Shown here: piece by piece, positions 24,958 through 34,394 of the stretch
How the letters are laid out: each line of letters opens with the position of its first letter
Position numbering within the stretch: the stretch's first letter is position 1
Assembly (NCBI GenBank): GCA_963775425.1
Contig: CAVZJB010000008.1
Location: 32,001-96,000, forward strand
Direction of reading: 5' to 3'
Length of the DNA: 64,000 nt
From: an uncultured delta proteobacterium
GTDB taxonomy: Bacteria; Myxococcota; UBA727; VGSZ01
Position numbers and translations under genes: made by a program
Notes under the pieces: generated by a model
What the model was told of the DNA's origin: nothing
Database searches by the model: none
Seen by the model: only the letters and a program-made list of their open reading frames with translations

Positions 24958-27267
24958 TCACCTCGCCTTCGCGAGCAGCGCAGACGCCACCGCGGCCTGG
25001 CCGAGGGAGAGGCCGCCGTCGTTGGGCGGCACGCGTCGATGCGCCAGCACCTCGAAGCCGTCGTCCTCGAGGAGCGCGCGCGCTCGCTCGCTCAAGCGGC
25101 GGTTCTGGAAGCAGCCGCCCGACAGCACCACCGTCCCCGGCGCCCCTCGGGCGCGCGCCCGCCTGCAGCCCGCGAGCACCACCGCCGCCAGCGTCTCGTG
25201 GAAGCGCGCGGCGACGACGCCGGCGTCGACGCCGGCGCGGACGTCGCGGGCGACGGCGCGCACCACGGGCCTGAGGTCGACGACGAACGGCGAGGCCGGC
25301 GCCGCCGTGGCTGCGTCGCCGAGCGCGAAGGCGTACGCAGGCGCGGCCGTGTCACCCGCCGCCTGTTCGAGCAGCACCGCGGCCTGCGCCTCCCACGTCG
25401 AGGTGACGCACAAGCCGCACAGCGACGACACCGCGTCGAACCACCGGCCGGCGCCGCTGGTGGCCGGCAGCGGGAGTCCGCGTTGCAGGAGCTCTTCCAC
25501 GCGGGTCAGGCGGTCAGCGTCGACGCCCGCGAACAAGCCCGACGCGGGCACCTCGGCGTCGTGGAGCGCGGCGAGCCCGATGCGCCACGGCTGCCGGACG
25601 GCCGCGTCGCCGCCGCACAGCGCGAGCGGCCGCAGGTGTCCGAGGCGGCGGTACGACGTGAGGTCCGCTTCGAAGATCTCGCCGCCCCACAGCGTGCCGT
25701 CGTCGCCGGCGCCGCTGCCGTCGAAGATCACGCCGATCACGGGGCCCTTGTGGTGGTGCTCGGCGAGGCAGGCGGCGACGTGCGCGTGGTGGTGTTGCAC
25801 CGGAACCCGCGGCAGGCCGAGCGCGATCGCGAAGCGCGTCGAGCGGTAGTCAGCGTGCAGGTCGTGCGCGACGGCGGCCGGCACCACCGACAAGAGGCGC
25901 TCGAGGTCCGGGACGACGTCCAGGAAGTGACTGAACGTCGGCAGGTCGGAGAGGTCGCCGATGTGTTGCGACAAGAGCGCCCGGCCGTCGCGCGCGAGGC
26001 ACACGGTGTTGTCCTGATCGCCGCCCACGGCGAGCAGCGGCGGCCCCGCGACGGGGAGCGTCACAAGCTCGGGGACGAAGCCGCGCGCGCGGCGCAGCGG
26101 GACCGGGCGCCCGTCGAAGACGCGCACCACGGAGTCATCCACGCGCCGGACGATGTCGCGGTCGTGCAAGAGGAAGGCGTCGGCGATCCCCTGCAGCCGG
26201 CGCTGCGCGTCGTCGCTGTCCGCGGCGATGGGCTCCTGCGCGGCGTTGCCGCTCGTCATCACGAGCAGGGGCGGCCCCTCGCGCGCGAGCAGCTCCTGCA
26301 GCGGCGACGGCGGGAGGAACACACCGACCTCGTCGAGCCCCGGCGCCACCGCAGGCGACAGCGGGCCGCCGGCCGCCGCCGCGACGAGGACGATGGGCCG
26401 CGCGGGGGACAGCAGCGCGCTGCGCTCGGCGTCAGTCGGGCGCGCGATGCGCTCGACCTCGATGACGTCGCGCACCATCACCGCGAACGGCTTGTCGGGC
26501 GTTCGCTTGCGCGAACGCAAGCGCGTGACGGCCTCGTCGTCGGTGGCGTCGCATGCGAGGACGAAGCCGCCGACGCCCTTGACGGCGACGATGCCGCCGG
26601 CGGCGAGCAGGCGGACGGCGGCGTCGAGCGCGTCGCCCGCCTCGAGCACCGGCCCGCCGCCGGCGACGAAGGACACGCGCGGCCCGCACTGCGGACAGGC
26701 GATGGCCTCGGCGTGGTAGCGGCGGTCCCCGGCGTTGTCGTATTCGCGCGCGCACGCGTCGCACATGGAAAACGGCGCCATGGCGGTGGCCGCGCGATCG
26801 TAGGGGAGCGCGCGCACGACGCTGTAGCGCGGGCCGCACGACGTGCACGCGATGAACGGGTGGCGGTGGTGGCGGTCCCGGGGGTCGGCGAGCTCGGCGG
26901 CGCAGGCGCTGCACGGCGCGAGGTCGGCGGGGATGGCGCACGACGACAGGTGTGTCTCGACGCCGCTCGAGCTCTGCACGATGGTGAAGGTGCTGTCGCC
27001 GCGCACGGCGACGGCGACGTGCTCGACGACGTCGACGCGCGCCGCCGCGGGCGCGCGCCGGGGGATCTCGAAGAGGAAGCGCGCGACGGCGTGCTGCGAC
27101 CCTTCCACCTCGAGGACGACGCTGCGGCCATCGTTCTTGATGCAGCCCGTGAGCTCGAGCGCGCGCGCGAGGCGGGCCATGGCGGGACGAAAGCCGACGC
27201 CCTGCACGACGCCTTCGATGCGGACGGAGCGGCGCACCACGGAGACCGACGACGGCGAAGCGTGCAT
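24958..27267 (-). CDS. hypF: [NiFe]-hydrogenase carbamoyltransferase HypF
   Basis: Acylphosphatase GVVQGVGFRP, two CxxC-x18-CxxC zinc fingers, MTSGN, QHHHAH, LSGGCFQN and PPNDGGLSLGQ. Confidence 0.95.
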   Translation of the reverse strand: MHASPSSVSVVRRSVRIEGVVQGVGFRPAMARLARALELTGCIKNDGRSVVLEVEGSQHAVARFLFEIPRRAPAAARVDVVEHVAVAVRGDSTFTIVQSSSGVETHLSSCAIPADLAPCSACAAELADPRDRHHRHPFIACTSCGPRYSVVRALPYDRAATAMAPFSMCDACAREYDNAGDRRYHAEAIACPQCGPRVSFVAGGGPVLEAGDALDAAVRLLAAGGIVAVKGVGGFVLACDATDDEAVTRLRSRKRTPDKPFAVMVRDVIEVERIARPTDAERSALLSPARPIVLVAAAAGGPLSPAVAPGLDEVGVFLPPSPLQELLAREGPPLLVMTSGNAAQEPIAADSDDAQRRLQGIADAFLLHDRDIVRRVDDSVVRVFDGRPVPLRRARGFVPELVTLPVAGPPLLAVGGDQDNTVCLARDGRALLSQHIGDLSDLPTFSHFLDVVPDLERLLSVVPAAVAHDLHADYRSTRFAIALGLPRVPVQHHHAHVAACLAEHHHKGPVIGVIFDGSGAGDDGTLWGGEIFEADLTSYRRLGHLRPLALCGGDAAVRQPWRIGLAALHDAEVPASGLFAGVDADRLTRVEELLQRGLPLPATSGAGRWFDAVSSLCGLCVTSTWEAQAAVLLEQAAGDTAAPAYAFALGDAATAAPASPFVVDLRPVVRAVARDVRAGVDAGVVAARFHETLAAVVLAGCRRARARGAPGTVVLSGGCFQNRRLSERARALLEDDGFEVLAHRRVPPNDGGLSLGQAAVASALLAKAR

Positions 27268-27387
27268 GGGAGAGGCCTTAAGAAACCCCGTCGTCGCCGC
27301 CAGACAATGAAAGCGTGCGATCCGCGCTCGTCGACGACGATCGTCCGGTCAGCGTGCGGATCACGTGGCGGTGCATAGGACAACGCG

Positions 27388-27544
27388 ATGAACAAGCTCG
27401 CGTTGATGCAGAGCCCGGTGGCCACCGTCGAAGCCGACGCGCCGCGCGCGGAGGTCCTCGTCGTGCACCTGCGGCAGCTTCGACGTCGAGGTGGTCGTCG
27501 GTGAGGATCTCACCCTGTTGGAGGTGGAGGTGCGCGATGTGTGA
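27388..27544 (+). pseudogene. hypA: hypA remnant with internal deletion and frameshift
   Basis: AGGA RBS, then MNKLALMQSPVATVE...VLVVHLR (cf. HypA MHELxL...VxxVxLR), then in a shifted frame SCTCGSFDVEVVVGEDLTLLEVEV. The stop overlaps the hypB start. Confidence 0.75.
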
Positions 27545-28319
27545 GACCTGCGCTTGCATTCGCCGGACGCCGAACAGCGGTCAACTGCGCGGCCACGCTC
27601 AGCCGCACGCCGCCATTCGCGGGCCCGCGCAGGGGACGCGCTCGATGCGGCTGGCCCTCGACCTCGTCGACAAGAGCGCGCGCCTCGGCGCCCTCGCGCG
27701 GGCGCGTATGGAGGAGCGCGGCGTCCACGCGCTCAACCTCATCGGCGCTCCAGGCGCCGGCAAGACCGCGCTGCTCGAGGCGACGCTGGCGCGGCTGCGT
27801 GACGTGCCCGCCGCCGTCCTCGAGGGCGACCAGCAGACCGACCTCGACGCCGCGCGCATCCGCGCCACCGGCGTCCCCGTCCACCGGATCAACACGGGCG
27901 GCGCGTGCCACCTCGACCCCCACATGATCATCGACGCGCTCAACCGGATGACGCTGCCCCGGCGCACGCTGCTCTTCGTCGAAAACGTCGGCAACCTCGC
28001 CTGTCCGGCGCTGTTCGACATCGGAGAGCGGGCGAAGGTGGTGGTGATGAGCGTGACCGAGGGCGAGGACACGCCGCTCAAGCACCCACAGGTGTTCGCG
28101 GCGTCGGAGGCGCTGGTGCTGACCAAGGTCGACCTGCTGCCGCACCTGCCGTTCGACGTCGAGCGCTGCGTCGCGCAAGCGCTTCAGGTGAATCGCTCGC
28201 TCAAGGTGTTCTTGACGTCTGCGACCACCGGCGAAGGCGTGGCGCACTGGTGCCGCTTCGTGCGCGGCTTCGCTGAGCCGCGCGTGTCGCAGGAGGCGGA
28301 GTGGCCGACGCTGTCGTGA
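27537..28319 (+). CDS. hypB: Hydrogenase nickel incorporation GTPase HypB
   Basis: GGAGG RBS, MCETCAC N-terminal Ni motif, GAPGAGKT, EGDQQT, CHLD, ENVGNL, SVTEGED and TKVD. Confidence 0.93.
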   Translation: MCETCACIRRTPNSGQLRGHAQPHAAIRGPAQGTRSMRLALDLVDKSARLGALARARMEERGVHALNLIGAPGAGKTALLEATLARLRDVPAAVLEGDQQTDLDAARIRATGVPVHRINTGGACHLDPHMIIDALNRMTLPRRTLLFVENVGNLACPALFDIGERAKVVVMSVTEGEDTPLKHPQVFAASEALVLTKVDLLPHLPFDVERCVAQALQVNRSLKVFLTSATTGEGVAHWCRFVRGFAEPRVSQEAEWPTLS

Positions 28320-28386
28320 TCGACGAGTTGGGGACGAAAGCGATCGCCGCGCTGCGGGAGCGCGAGAGAGAAATCGGGGGCTGAAG

Positions 28387-29712
28387 ATGAGCTTCGAGCG
28401 CGCGCAGAAGATCGCCGACGCGGTCCTTCTGGAGGGATACCTCCTGTATCCGTACCGGCCGTCGACGAAGAACGACCACCGCTTCACCTTCGGTGTGGTG
28501 GCGCCGCGCGCGTTCAGCGAGGCCGGCGGTGGGGAGCGCTGGTCGCTGCAGACGGAGCTCCTGCTCCAGCCGCCGGGGGTGACCGGCGCCGATGTCGTGT
28601 GGCTGCGCCTGCGCCACCTGCAGATGCAGCGGCGCACCGTGGAGGCGGCGCTCCCCGAGGGCTTCGTCGAGGTGTCGTCGCTCGACGCCGCCGGCGTGCT
28701 TCACGTGCCGTTCGACGAGGCCGTGCTGTGCGAGAGCGACCTCGTCATTCGCGTCGACGACGCGCTGTCTCCCGTGGGCATCGAGCTCGAGTTCGGCGTG
28801 GAGGCGGCGCGCACCGAGGAGATGGTCGCGGCGAATGGCGTCGTCCTCGGCCGCATCGTGCGGGAGCGCGAGGCCATCACCGGCTGTGTGCATCTCCAGG
28901 CGGAGGAGGTCCCCGCCGGGCGCCCGCTGTTGCGCATGACGCTGCGCGTGGAGAACCACACGCCGTGGCTCGTCGGCTCCGTGCGCCGCGACCGCGCGCT
29001 GCGCAAGAGCCTCTTGTCGGCGCACTTGCTCTTGTGGGCGCCGACGACGTCCTTCGTCTCGTCGGCGGAGCCACCCGGCTGGGCCGCGCGCGCGGCGTCG
29101 GCGTGCAAGAGCGACGGCCTGTACCCCGTGCTCGTCGGCGAGCGCGACGACCTGTTGCTCGCCACGCCCATCATGCTGCCCGACCGCCCGCAGCTCGCGC
29201 TCGAGAGCCCCGGCGACCTCTCCGACGCCACCGAGATCGACGAGCTGCTGGCGCTGCGCGTGCGCACGCTCACCGACCACGACAAGCGCCTGGCCCGTGC
29301 GACCGATCCGCGCGCAGCCCGCATCATCGACCACGTCGCCGCGCTCGACGACGCCCGGCTCGAGCGGCTCCACGACGCGCGGCAGGCACCGGGCGTCGAC
29401 AGCGGGCCGCCCACGGTCCCGCAGAGGGCGGCGACGGTGGGCGGCGCGCGGGTGCCGCCCGAGCTGCAGCCGGGGAGGCACGTGCGGCTGCGCCCCGGCC
29501 TCCACCGCGCCGACGCGCAGGACGCCCGGTACGCAGGGAGGACGGCGACCGTGGAGCGGGTGATGCAGGACGGGGACGGCAACGTGCTCCTCGCTGTCAC
29601 CCTCGACGACGACCCCGCGGGGATCGAGCAGCGCTTCCGCAGACAATTCCACACCTGTCGCATCGATGAAGTCGAGCCGATCGAGCTTGGCGGCCCGGAG
29701 GTGGTCCCATGA
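28387..29712 (+). CDS. Hydrogenase-cluster conserved protein (HhaC-like, group 1h associated)
   Basis: IADAVLLEGYLLYPYR, PIMLPDRPQLALESPGDL.DATEIDE and RADAQD...LAVTLDDDP motifs, as recalled from proteins of group 1h hydrogenase loci. Confidence 0.7.
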   Translation: MSFERAQKIADAVLLEGYLLYPYRPSTKNDHRFTFGVVAPRAFSEAGGGERWSLQTELLLQPPGVTGADVVWLRLRHLQMQRRTVEAALPEGFVEVSSLDAAGVLHVPFDEAVLCESDLVIRVDDALSPVGIELEFGVEAARTEEMVAANGVVLGRIVREREAITGCVHLQAEEVPAGRPLLRMTLRVENHTPWLVGSVRRDRALRKSLLSAHLLLWAPTTSFVSSAEPPGWAARAASACKSDGLYPVLVGERDDLLLATPIMLPDRPQLALESPGDLSDATEIDELLALRVRTLTDHDKRLARATDPRAARIIDHVAALDDARLERLHDARQAPGVDSGPPTVPQRAATVGGARVPPELQPGRHVRLRPGLHRADAQDARYAGRTATVERVMQDGDGNVLLAVTLDDDPAGIEQRFRRQFHTCRIDEVEPIELGGPEVVP

Positions 29713-30248
29713 CGGAGCGCGTGCTCGTGGCCGGAATCGGCAACGTGTTCTTTCGTGACGACGGCTTCGGCGTGGAGCTCGCCTGGCGGCTGGCGCCGTG
29801 GAAGGAGGGCGGCGTCGCGGTCGTCGACTACGGCATCCGCGAGCTCCACCTCGCCTACGACCTGCTCGAGCCGTGGGACCTCCTCGTCATCCTCGACGCC
29901 ACGCCGCGAGGGGGGCCGCCCGGGACGCTCTACGCCATCGAGCCGAACGTCGACGCCGCGCGGCCCTCGGACGCCGTCGGCGCCGCCGCCCACGGCAACG
30001 ACCTGGCGTCGGTGTTCACGGCCGCGCGCGGGCTCGGCGCCGACATCCCGCGGGCGCTCGTCATCGGCTGCGAGCCCGCCGACGTCGGCGCCGGCATCGG
30101 CCTGAGCCCGGTCGTCGACAAGGTGATGCCGTCCGCCGTGGAGCTCGTGCACAGCGTGGTGGATTTCAACGCGGCCGCTCCATCCGGTCGCAAAGGGCGG
30201 CGGGGATTTTGCCCCCGTGATCCCGCGCGTGGTATCGAGACGGGGTGA
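29709..30248 (+). CDS. Hydrogenase maturation protease (HupD/HyaD family)
   Basis: VLVAGIGNVFFRDDGFG, VDYGIR, ILDA, AHG and IGCEP...GLS. Confidence 0.9.
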   Translation: MTERVLVAGIGNVFFRDDGFGVELAWRLAPWKEGGVAVVDYGIRELHLAYDLLEPWDLLVILDATPRGGPPGTLYAIEPNVDAARPSDAVGAAAHGNDLASVFTAARGLGADIPRALVIGCEPADVGAGIGLSPVVDKVMPSAVELVHSVVDFNAAAPSGRKGRRGFCPRDPARGIETG

Positions 30249-30580
30249 GGCCCCGCGTGCTCCTGGTCGTTGCCGGCGGCGTCGCTGCCGTCGTCGCCGC
30301 CTACGCGGTGCTGTCTCCTTCGGGACTTCCACAGTTGTGGAACCTGCGCCGCCAGGAAGAGACCCTGCAGGTCCACGTCGACAAGGCGCGCGTCGACAAC
30401 GCCCGGCTCACCGACGAGGTGAAGGTCCTTCAGGGCGGGGAGCCCGCGAGCAAGATCGTCCTCGAGAAGCACGCGCGCGAGGAGCTCGGGTACGTCCGCG
30501 CCGACGAGGTCGTGCTCACCGGCCTCCCCGCGCACGCGCCCGCGGCCGACGGCGCCCCGCCGGCGGCGGCGGCGCCGTGA
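30245..30580 (+). CDS. ftsB: Septum formation initiator FtsB/DivIC
   Basis: One TM helix, coiled coil, LEKHAREELGYVRADE. Confidence 0.85.
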   Translation: MRPRVLLVVAGGVAAVVAAYAVLSPSGLPQLWNLRRQEETLQVHVDKARVDNARLTDEVKVLQGGEPASKIVLEKHAREELGYVRADEVVLTGLPAHAPAADGAPPAAAAP

Positions 30581-30605
30581 GCGCGCTCCTGAACGGGACG
30601 GACGC

Positions 30606-32789
30606 ATGACCGCGCTGCCGCGGCTCGCCGGCACCATCGGGGATCGGGGGCGCTTCGACGCGTTCGTCGAGGACGCACCGCGCAGGGCGCCGCGGCCGGC
30701 CGTGGCTTTGTCCCCGTCGACGGCGCGCGCCCTCGGGCTGTTCGTGCCCCTCGCGTGCGGGATCCTGTGGCTCCTGCGCGTCGACCTCGTCGTCGTGGCC
30801 GCGCTCCCCGTGGCGGCGGCGTTCGTCCTCGCGGCGCCGCTGTTGATCGCGCGCGCCACGGGCAAGCGCGCGGTGTGGCCGGACGCCGTCGGCCCGCTGG
30901 GCGCCGCCTTCGCCGCCGTGTGCGCCGGCGTCGCCGCCACCGGCGCGGCGTCGCCCTTCTTGCTGCTCGCGCTCGCCGTCGTCGTCGCCGAGGGCGCGCT
31001 CGTCCCCGGCCGCCGCCTCGCGGTGGCGCTGCCGTCGTCGGCGGTGGCGCTGTGCGGCGCGCTGTGGGTGTCGGCGGCCGGCCCCGGCGCCCTCGTCGCC
31101 GACGCGCTGGTGCTGCTCGGCTTCGGGATGCTCGGGCGCGCGCTCTTCTTCGGCACGCTCAAGGCCGTGCAGCTGCGCGAGGAGGCGCGCGTCGACGGCG
31201 AGCTTCTGCGCCTCTACGACGATGCCCGCTTGTTCGGGTTGCTCGGGTCCGCCGAGCCCGACGACGAAGACGCCGCCGACAAGCGCCTCGTCGCACAGAC
31301 CCTCGCGGTGCGCGACGGCTGCTATCGGCTGCTGCGCCTGGGCGCCCGCGCGCTCTCGCCCGACGCCGCCGGCGTCTACCTCCTCGACGCGCGCGGCAAG
31401 GAGCTGGTGCTGAAGGAGCAGCTCGTCGACGTCGAGGGCGCCCTCGTCCCGCGCGTGAGCGCGTCCGCCGGGGCGCTCGGCCTCGCGCTGAAGCGCGCCC
31501 AGGCCATCCGCCTGCTCGACGCCGACGGCCCGGCGGTGCAGGTCCACCGTCGCGGCGCCAGGAGCGTGCTGTGCGCCCCGCTGCGCGACGGTGCGCAGAT
31601 CCGCGGCGTGCTCGTCTTTGATCGGAGCCACGGGGAGCTGTTCACCGACCACGACGAGACCTTCGCGCTCCTGTTGTGCGAGGAGCTGGTCGCGCTGCTG
31701 CGAACCGAGCGCGTGCTCGAGCGCCTCGACTTCGAGCACAAGAAGATCGGTCGCATCTTCGGCGCGGCCCGCGCCTTCGGCGGCGTGGTCCGCCTCGACG
31801 ACGCCATGGAGCACGCGCTGCGCGCGGCCGTCGACCTCTGTCCGTCGGCGAGCGCGGCGGTCCTCGAGATCATGCCCCCCGATGTGCGCACGACCCCCTC
31901 GGCCACCACGCTGGTGGGCCCGCCGCCGCCGTCGATGCGCGTGCGGGCGGCCGCCGGTCCGTTGGCCGCGCTGCTCGCCACCGACGACGTCATGACCGTC
32001 GACGACCACGCCTGGGCGGGCCGCGCGGTCCTCCAGCGCACGGCGCTGCCGCACGTGAGCCTCGCCGACGCCGGCACCGCCCGAGGCCTGTTCACCGCCG
32101 ACGACGAGCGGGCGCGCGCGGTCGGCGACCTGCGCGCCATCCCGTTGTTCGCGCAGGGCGAGGCCGTCGCCTGCCTCGTCGTCGTCGTCCCGCCGGGCGA
32201 GCGGCTCCGCCCCGCCACCATCGAGTCGCTCGTGGTCGCCGCGGACCTCGCCGGCGTCGCCATCGGCGGCGCCCGCCTGTTCGAGACGGTGCAGCGCCAG
32301 GCCACCACCGACGGCCTCACGGGCCTGTTGAACCGCCGCACCCTCGACGAGAAGCTCGCGGAGGCGGTGGCGCGCGCGCGGCGGATGCGGACGCCGCTGT
32401 GCACGGTGCTCGTCGACGTAGACCACTTCAAGAGCGTCAACGACACCTACGGTCACGGCACCGGTGACGACGTCCTGCGCGGCATCTCGCGCGCGTTGGC
32501 GGAGACCGTACGCACCAGCGACGTCGTCGCCCGCTACGGCGGCGAGGAGCTGTGCGCCGTCCTCGAGGGCACCGACGCGGCCGGCGCCCACCGCCTGGCC
32601 GAGCGGATGCGCCTGGCGGTGAAGGGCCTGCGGTTCGACACCGAGAAGGGCCCGGTCTCCGTCACGGCCTCCTTCGGGGTGGGCGTGTTCGCCGGCGGTG
32701 ACGACGCCCGTGCGCTCCTCGAAAAGGCCGACGCCGGCCTGTACAAAGCGAAGCAATCGGGCCGCGACCGCGTCGTCGCCGGCGGCTGA
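30606..32789 (+). CDS. Membrane GAF-GAF-GGDEF diguanylate cyclase
   Basis: TM helices, two GAF-like regions, DGLTGLLNRR, DVDHFKSVND, RTSD I-site and RYGGEEL. Confidence 0.92.
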   Translation: MTALPRLAGTIGDRGRFDAFVEDAPRRAPRPAVALSPSTARALGLFVPLACGILWLLRVDLVVVAALPVAAAFVLAAPLLIARATGKRAVWPDAVGPLGAAFAAVCAGVAATGAASPFLLLALAVVVAEGALVPGRRLAVALPSSAVALCGALWVSAAGPGALVADALVLLGFGMLGRALFFGTLKAVQLREEARVDGELLRLYDDARLFGLLGSAEPDDEDAADKRLVAQTLAVRDGCYRLLRLGARALSPDAAGVYLLDARGKELVLKEQLVDVEGALVPRVSASAGALGLALKRAQAIRLLDADGPAVQVHRRGARSVLCAPLRDGAQIRGVLVFDRSHGELFTDHDETFALLLCEELVALLRTERVLERLDFEHKKIGRIFGAARAFGGVVRLDDAMEHALRAAVDLCPSASAAVLEIMPPDVRTTPSATTLVGPPPPSMRVRAAAGPLAALLATDDVMTVDDHAWAGRAVLQRTALPHVSLADAGTARGLFTADDERARAVGDLRAIPLFAQGEAVACLVVVVPPGERLRPATIESLVVAADLAGVAIGGARLFETVQRQATTDGLTGLLNRRTLDEKLAEAVARARRMRTPLCTVLVDVDHFKSVNDTYGHGTGDDVLRGISRALAETVRTSDVVARYGGEELCAVLEGTDAAGAHRLAERMRLAVKGLRFDTEKGPVSVTASFGVGVFAGGDDARALLEKADAGLYKAKQSGRDRVVAGG

Positions 32790-32858
32790 GCGCCGACGCG
32801 GAGCGTCGCCCCACCCGGCCGTTGCGCCGTGAGCGCTTTCCGTGGGATCAAACCCGAT

Positions 32859-34262
32859 ATGCAGCAGCGCGCCAAAAAGACGTCGTCGCAGAAGAGCTCC
32901 GGTCAGAAGGGGAGCGCCGCCAACAACCGAGGCAAGAAGGTCTTCGTCCTCGACACCAACGTGCTGCTGCACGACCCGCGCGCCATGTTCTCGTTCGAGG
33001 ACAACGACGTCGTCATCCCCATCTACGTCGTCGAGGAGATCGACTCCTTCAAGAAGGACCTCTCCGAGCTCGGCCGGAACGCGCGTCAGGTCAGCCGCTA
33101 CCTCGACCAGCTCCGCGACGACGGCTCGCTGGCGCGCGGCGTGAAGCTCGACCGCGGCGGCACCCTGAGGGTGGCCACGACGCACAAGGTGCTTCCGCCC
33201 GAGGTCACCACGGACCGCGGGCAGGACAGCAAGATCCTCGCGGTGGCGGCGGAGCTCACCGACCAGCAGCGCCGCAGCAAAGGGCCGCGCGTGGTGTTCA
33301 TCACCAAGGACACCAACCTGCGCATCCGCGCCGACGCCATCGGCATCTTCACGGAGGACTTCGAGCCCGAGCACATCGTCATCGACGAGCTGTACAAGGG
33401 CTGGGAGGAGGTGGACATCGAGGGCCACCTCGTCGACAAGTTCTACGCCGAGGGCGGCCTCGACCTGCCCGACCCGTATCGTCCGCCCAACGAGTACCTG
33501 TGCCTCAAGGACAAGGGCAACCCGCAGCGCACGGCGCTCGGGCGCGTGAAGCTCGACGTGCAGAACCTCAAGGCGCGCGTCGAGCCCATCGACGCCTTCA
33601 AACAGGGCGTCTGGGGCATCCGCCCGCGCAACCGCGAGCAGTTCTTCGCGCTCGACGCCCTCCTCGACGACAAGATCAAGCTCGTCACTTTGGTGGGCAA
33701 GGCGGGCTCGGGCAAGACGCTCATGGCCATCGCCGCGGGCTTGTTGAAGTGCACGGAGGAGAACGTGTTCCAGCGCCTGCTGGTGTCGCGACCCATCTTC
33801 CCGCTCGGCAAGGACATCGGTTACCTCCCCGGCGACGTCGAGGAGAAGCTCAACCCGTGGATGCAGCCCATCTTCGACAACGTCGAGTTCCTGATGGGGC
33901 TCACGCAGAAAGACAAGAAGCGCGGCCGCTCCTACAAGGAGCTGCTCGACATGGGCATGATGCAGATCGAGCCGCTCACGTACATCCGCGGCCGCAGCAT
34001 CCCCAACCAGTACATGATCGTGGACGAGGCGCAGAACCTCACGCCCCACGAGGTGAAGACCATCATCTCGCGCGCGGGTGAAGGCACCAAGATCGTGCTC
34101 ACCGGCGACCCCTACCAGATCGACAACCCCTACGTGGACCAGACCAACAACGGCCTCGTCCACACGGTGAACCGCTTCCGCAGCGAGAAGATCGCCGCCC
34201 ACGTCACGCTGGTGAAGGGCGAGCGCAGCGAGCTCGCGGAGATCGCGGCGAACGTCCTGTAG
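32859..34262 (+). CDS. phoH: PIN-PhoH family protein (PhoH2)
   Basis: VLDTNVLLHDP PIN domain, GKAGSGKT, IGYLPG, YIRGRS and DEAQN. Confidence 0.93.
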   Translation: MQQRAKKTSSQKSSGQKGSAANNRGKKVFVLDTNVLLHDPRAMFSFEDNDVVIPIYVVEEIDSFKKDLSELGRNARQVSRYLDQLRDDGSLARGVKLDRGGTLRVATTHKVLPPEVTTDRGQDSKILAVAAELTDQQRRSKGPRVVFITKDTNLRIRADAIGIFTEDFEPEHIVIDELYKGWEEVDIEGHLVDKFYAEGGLDLPDPYRPPNEYLCLKDKGNPQRTALGRVKLDVQNLKARVEPIDAFKQGVWGIRPRNREQFFALDALLDDKIKLVTLVGKAGSGKTLMAIAAGLLKCTEENVFQRLLVSRPIFPLGKDIGYLPGDVEEKLNPWMQPIFDNVEFLMGLTQKDKKRGRSYKELLDMGMMQIEPLTYIRGRSIPNQYMIVDEAQNLTPHEVKTIISRAGEGTKIVLTGDPYQIDNPYVDQTNNGLVHTVNRFRSEKIAAHVTLVKGERSELAEIAANVL

Positions 34263-34394
34263 CTCCGTCGGCGGCTGACGACGAGCAGCGTCGTGCACGA
34301 CGAGGGCGTCCTTGCATAGGAGGCCTGCGCCTTTTCGACGACGATCGGGGATCGGCGGCGGAGGTGTCGCGCGTAGGCGTCTCGCAGGAGCGGG

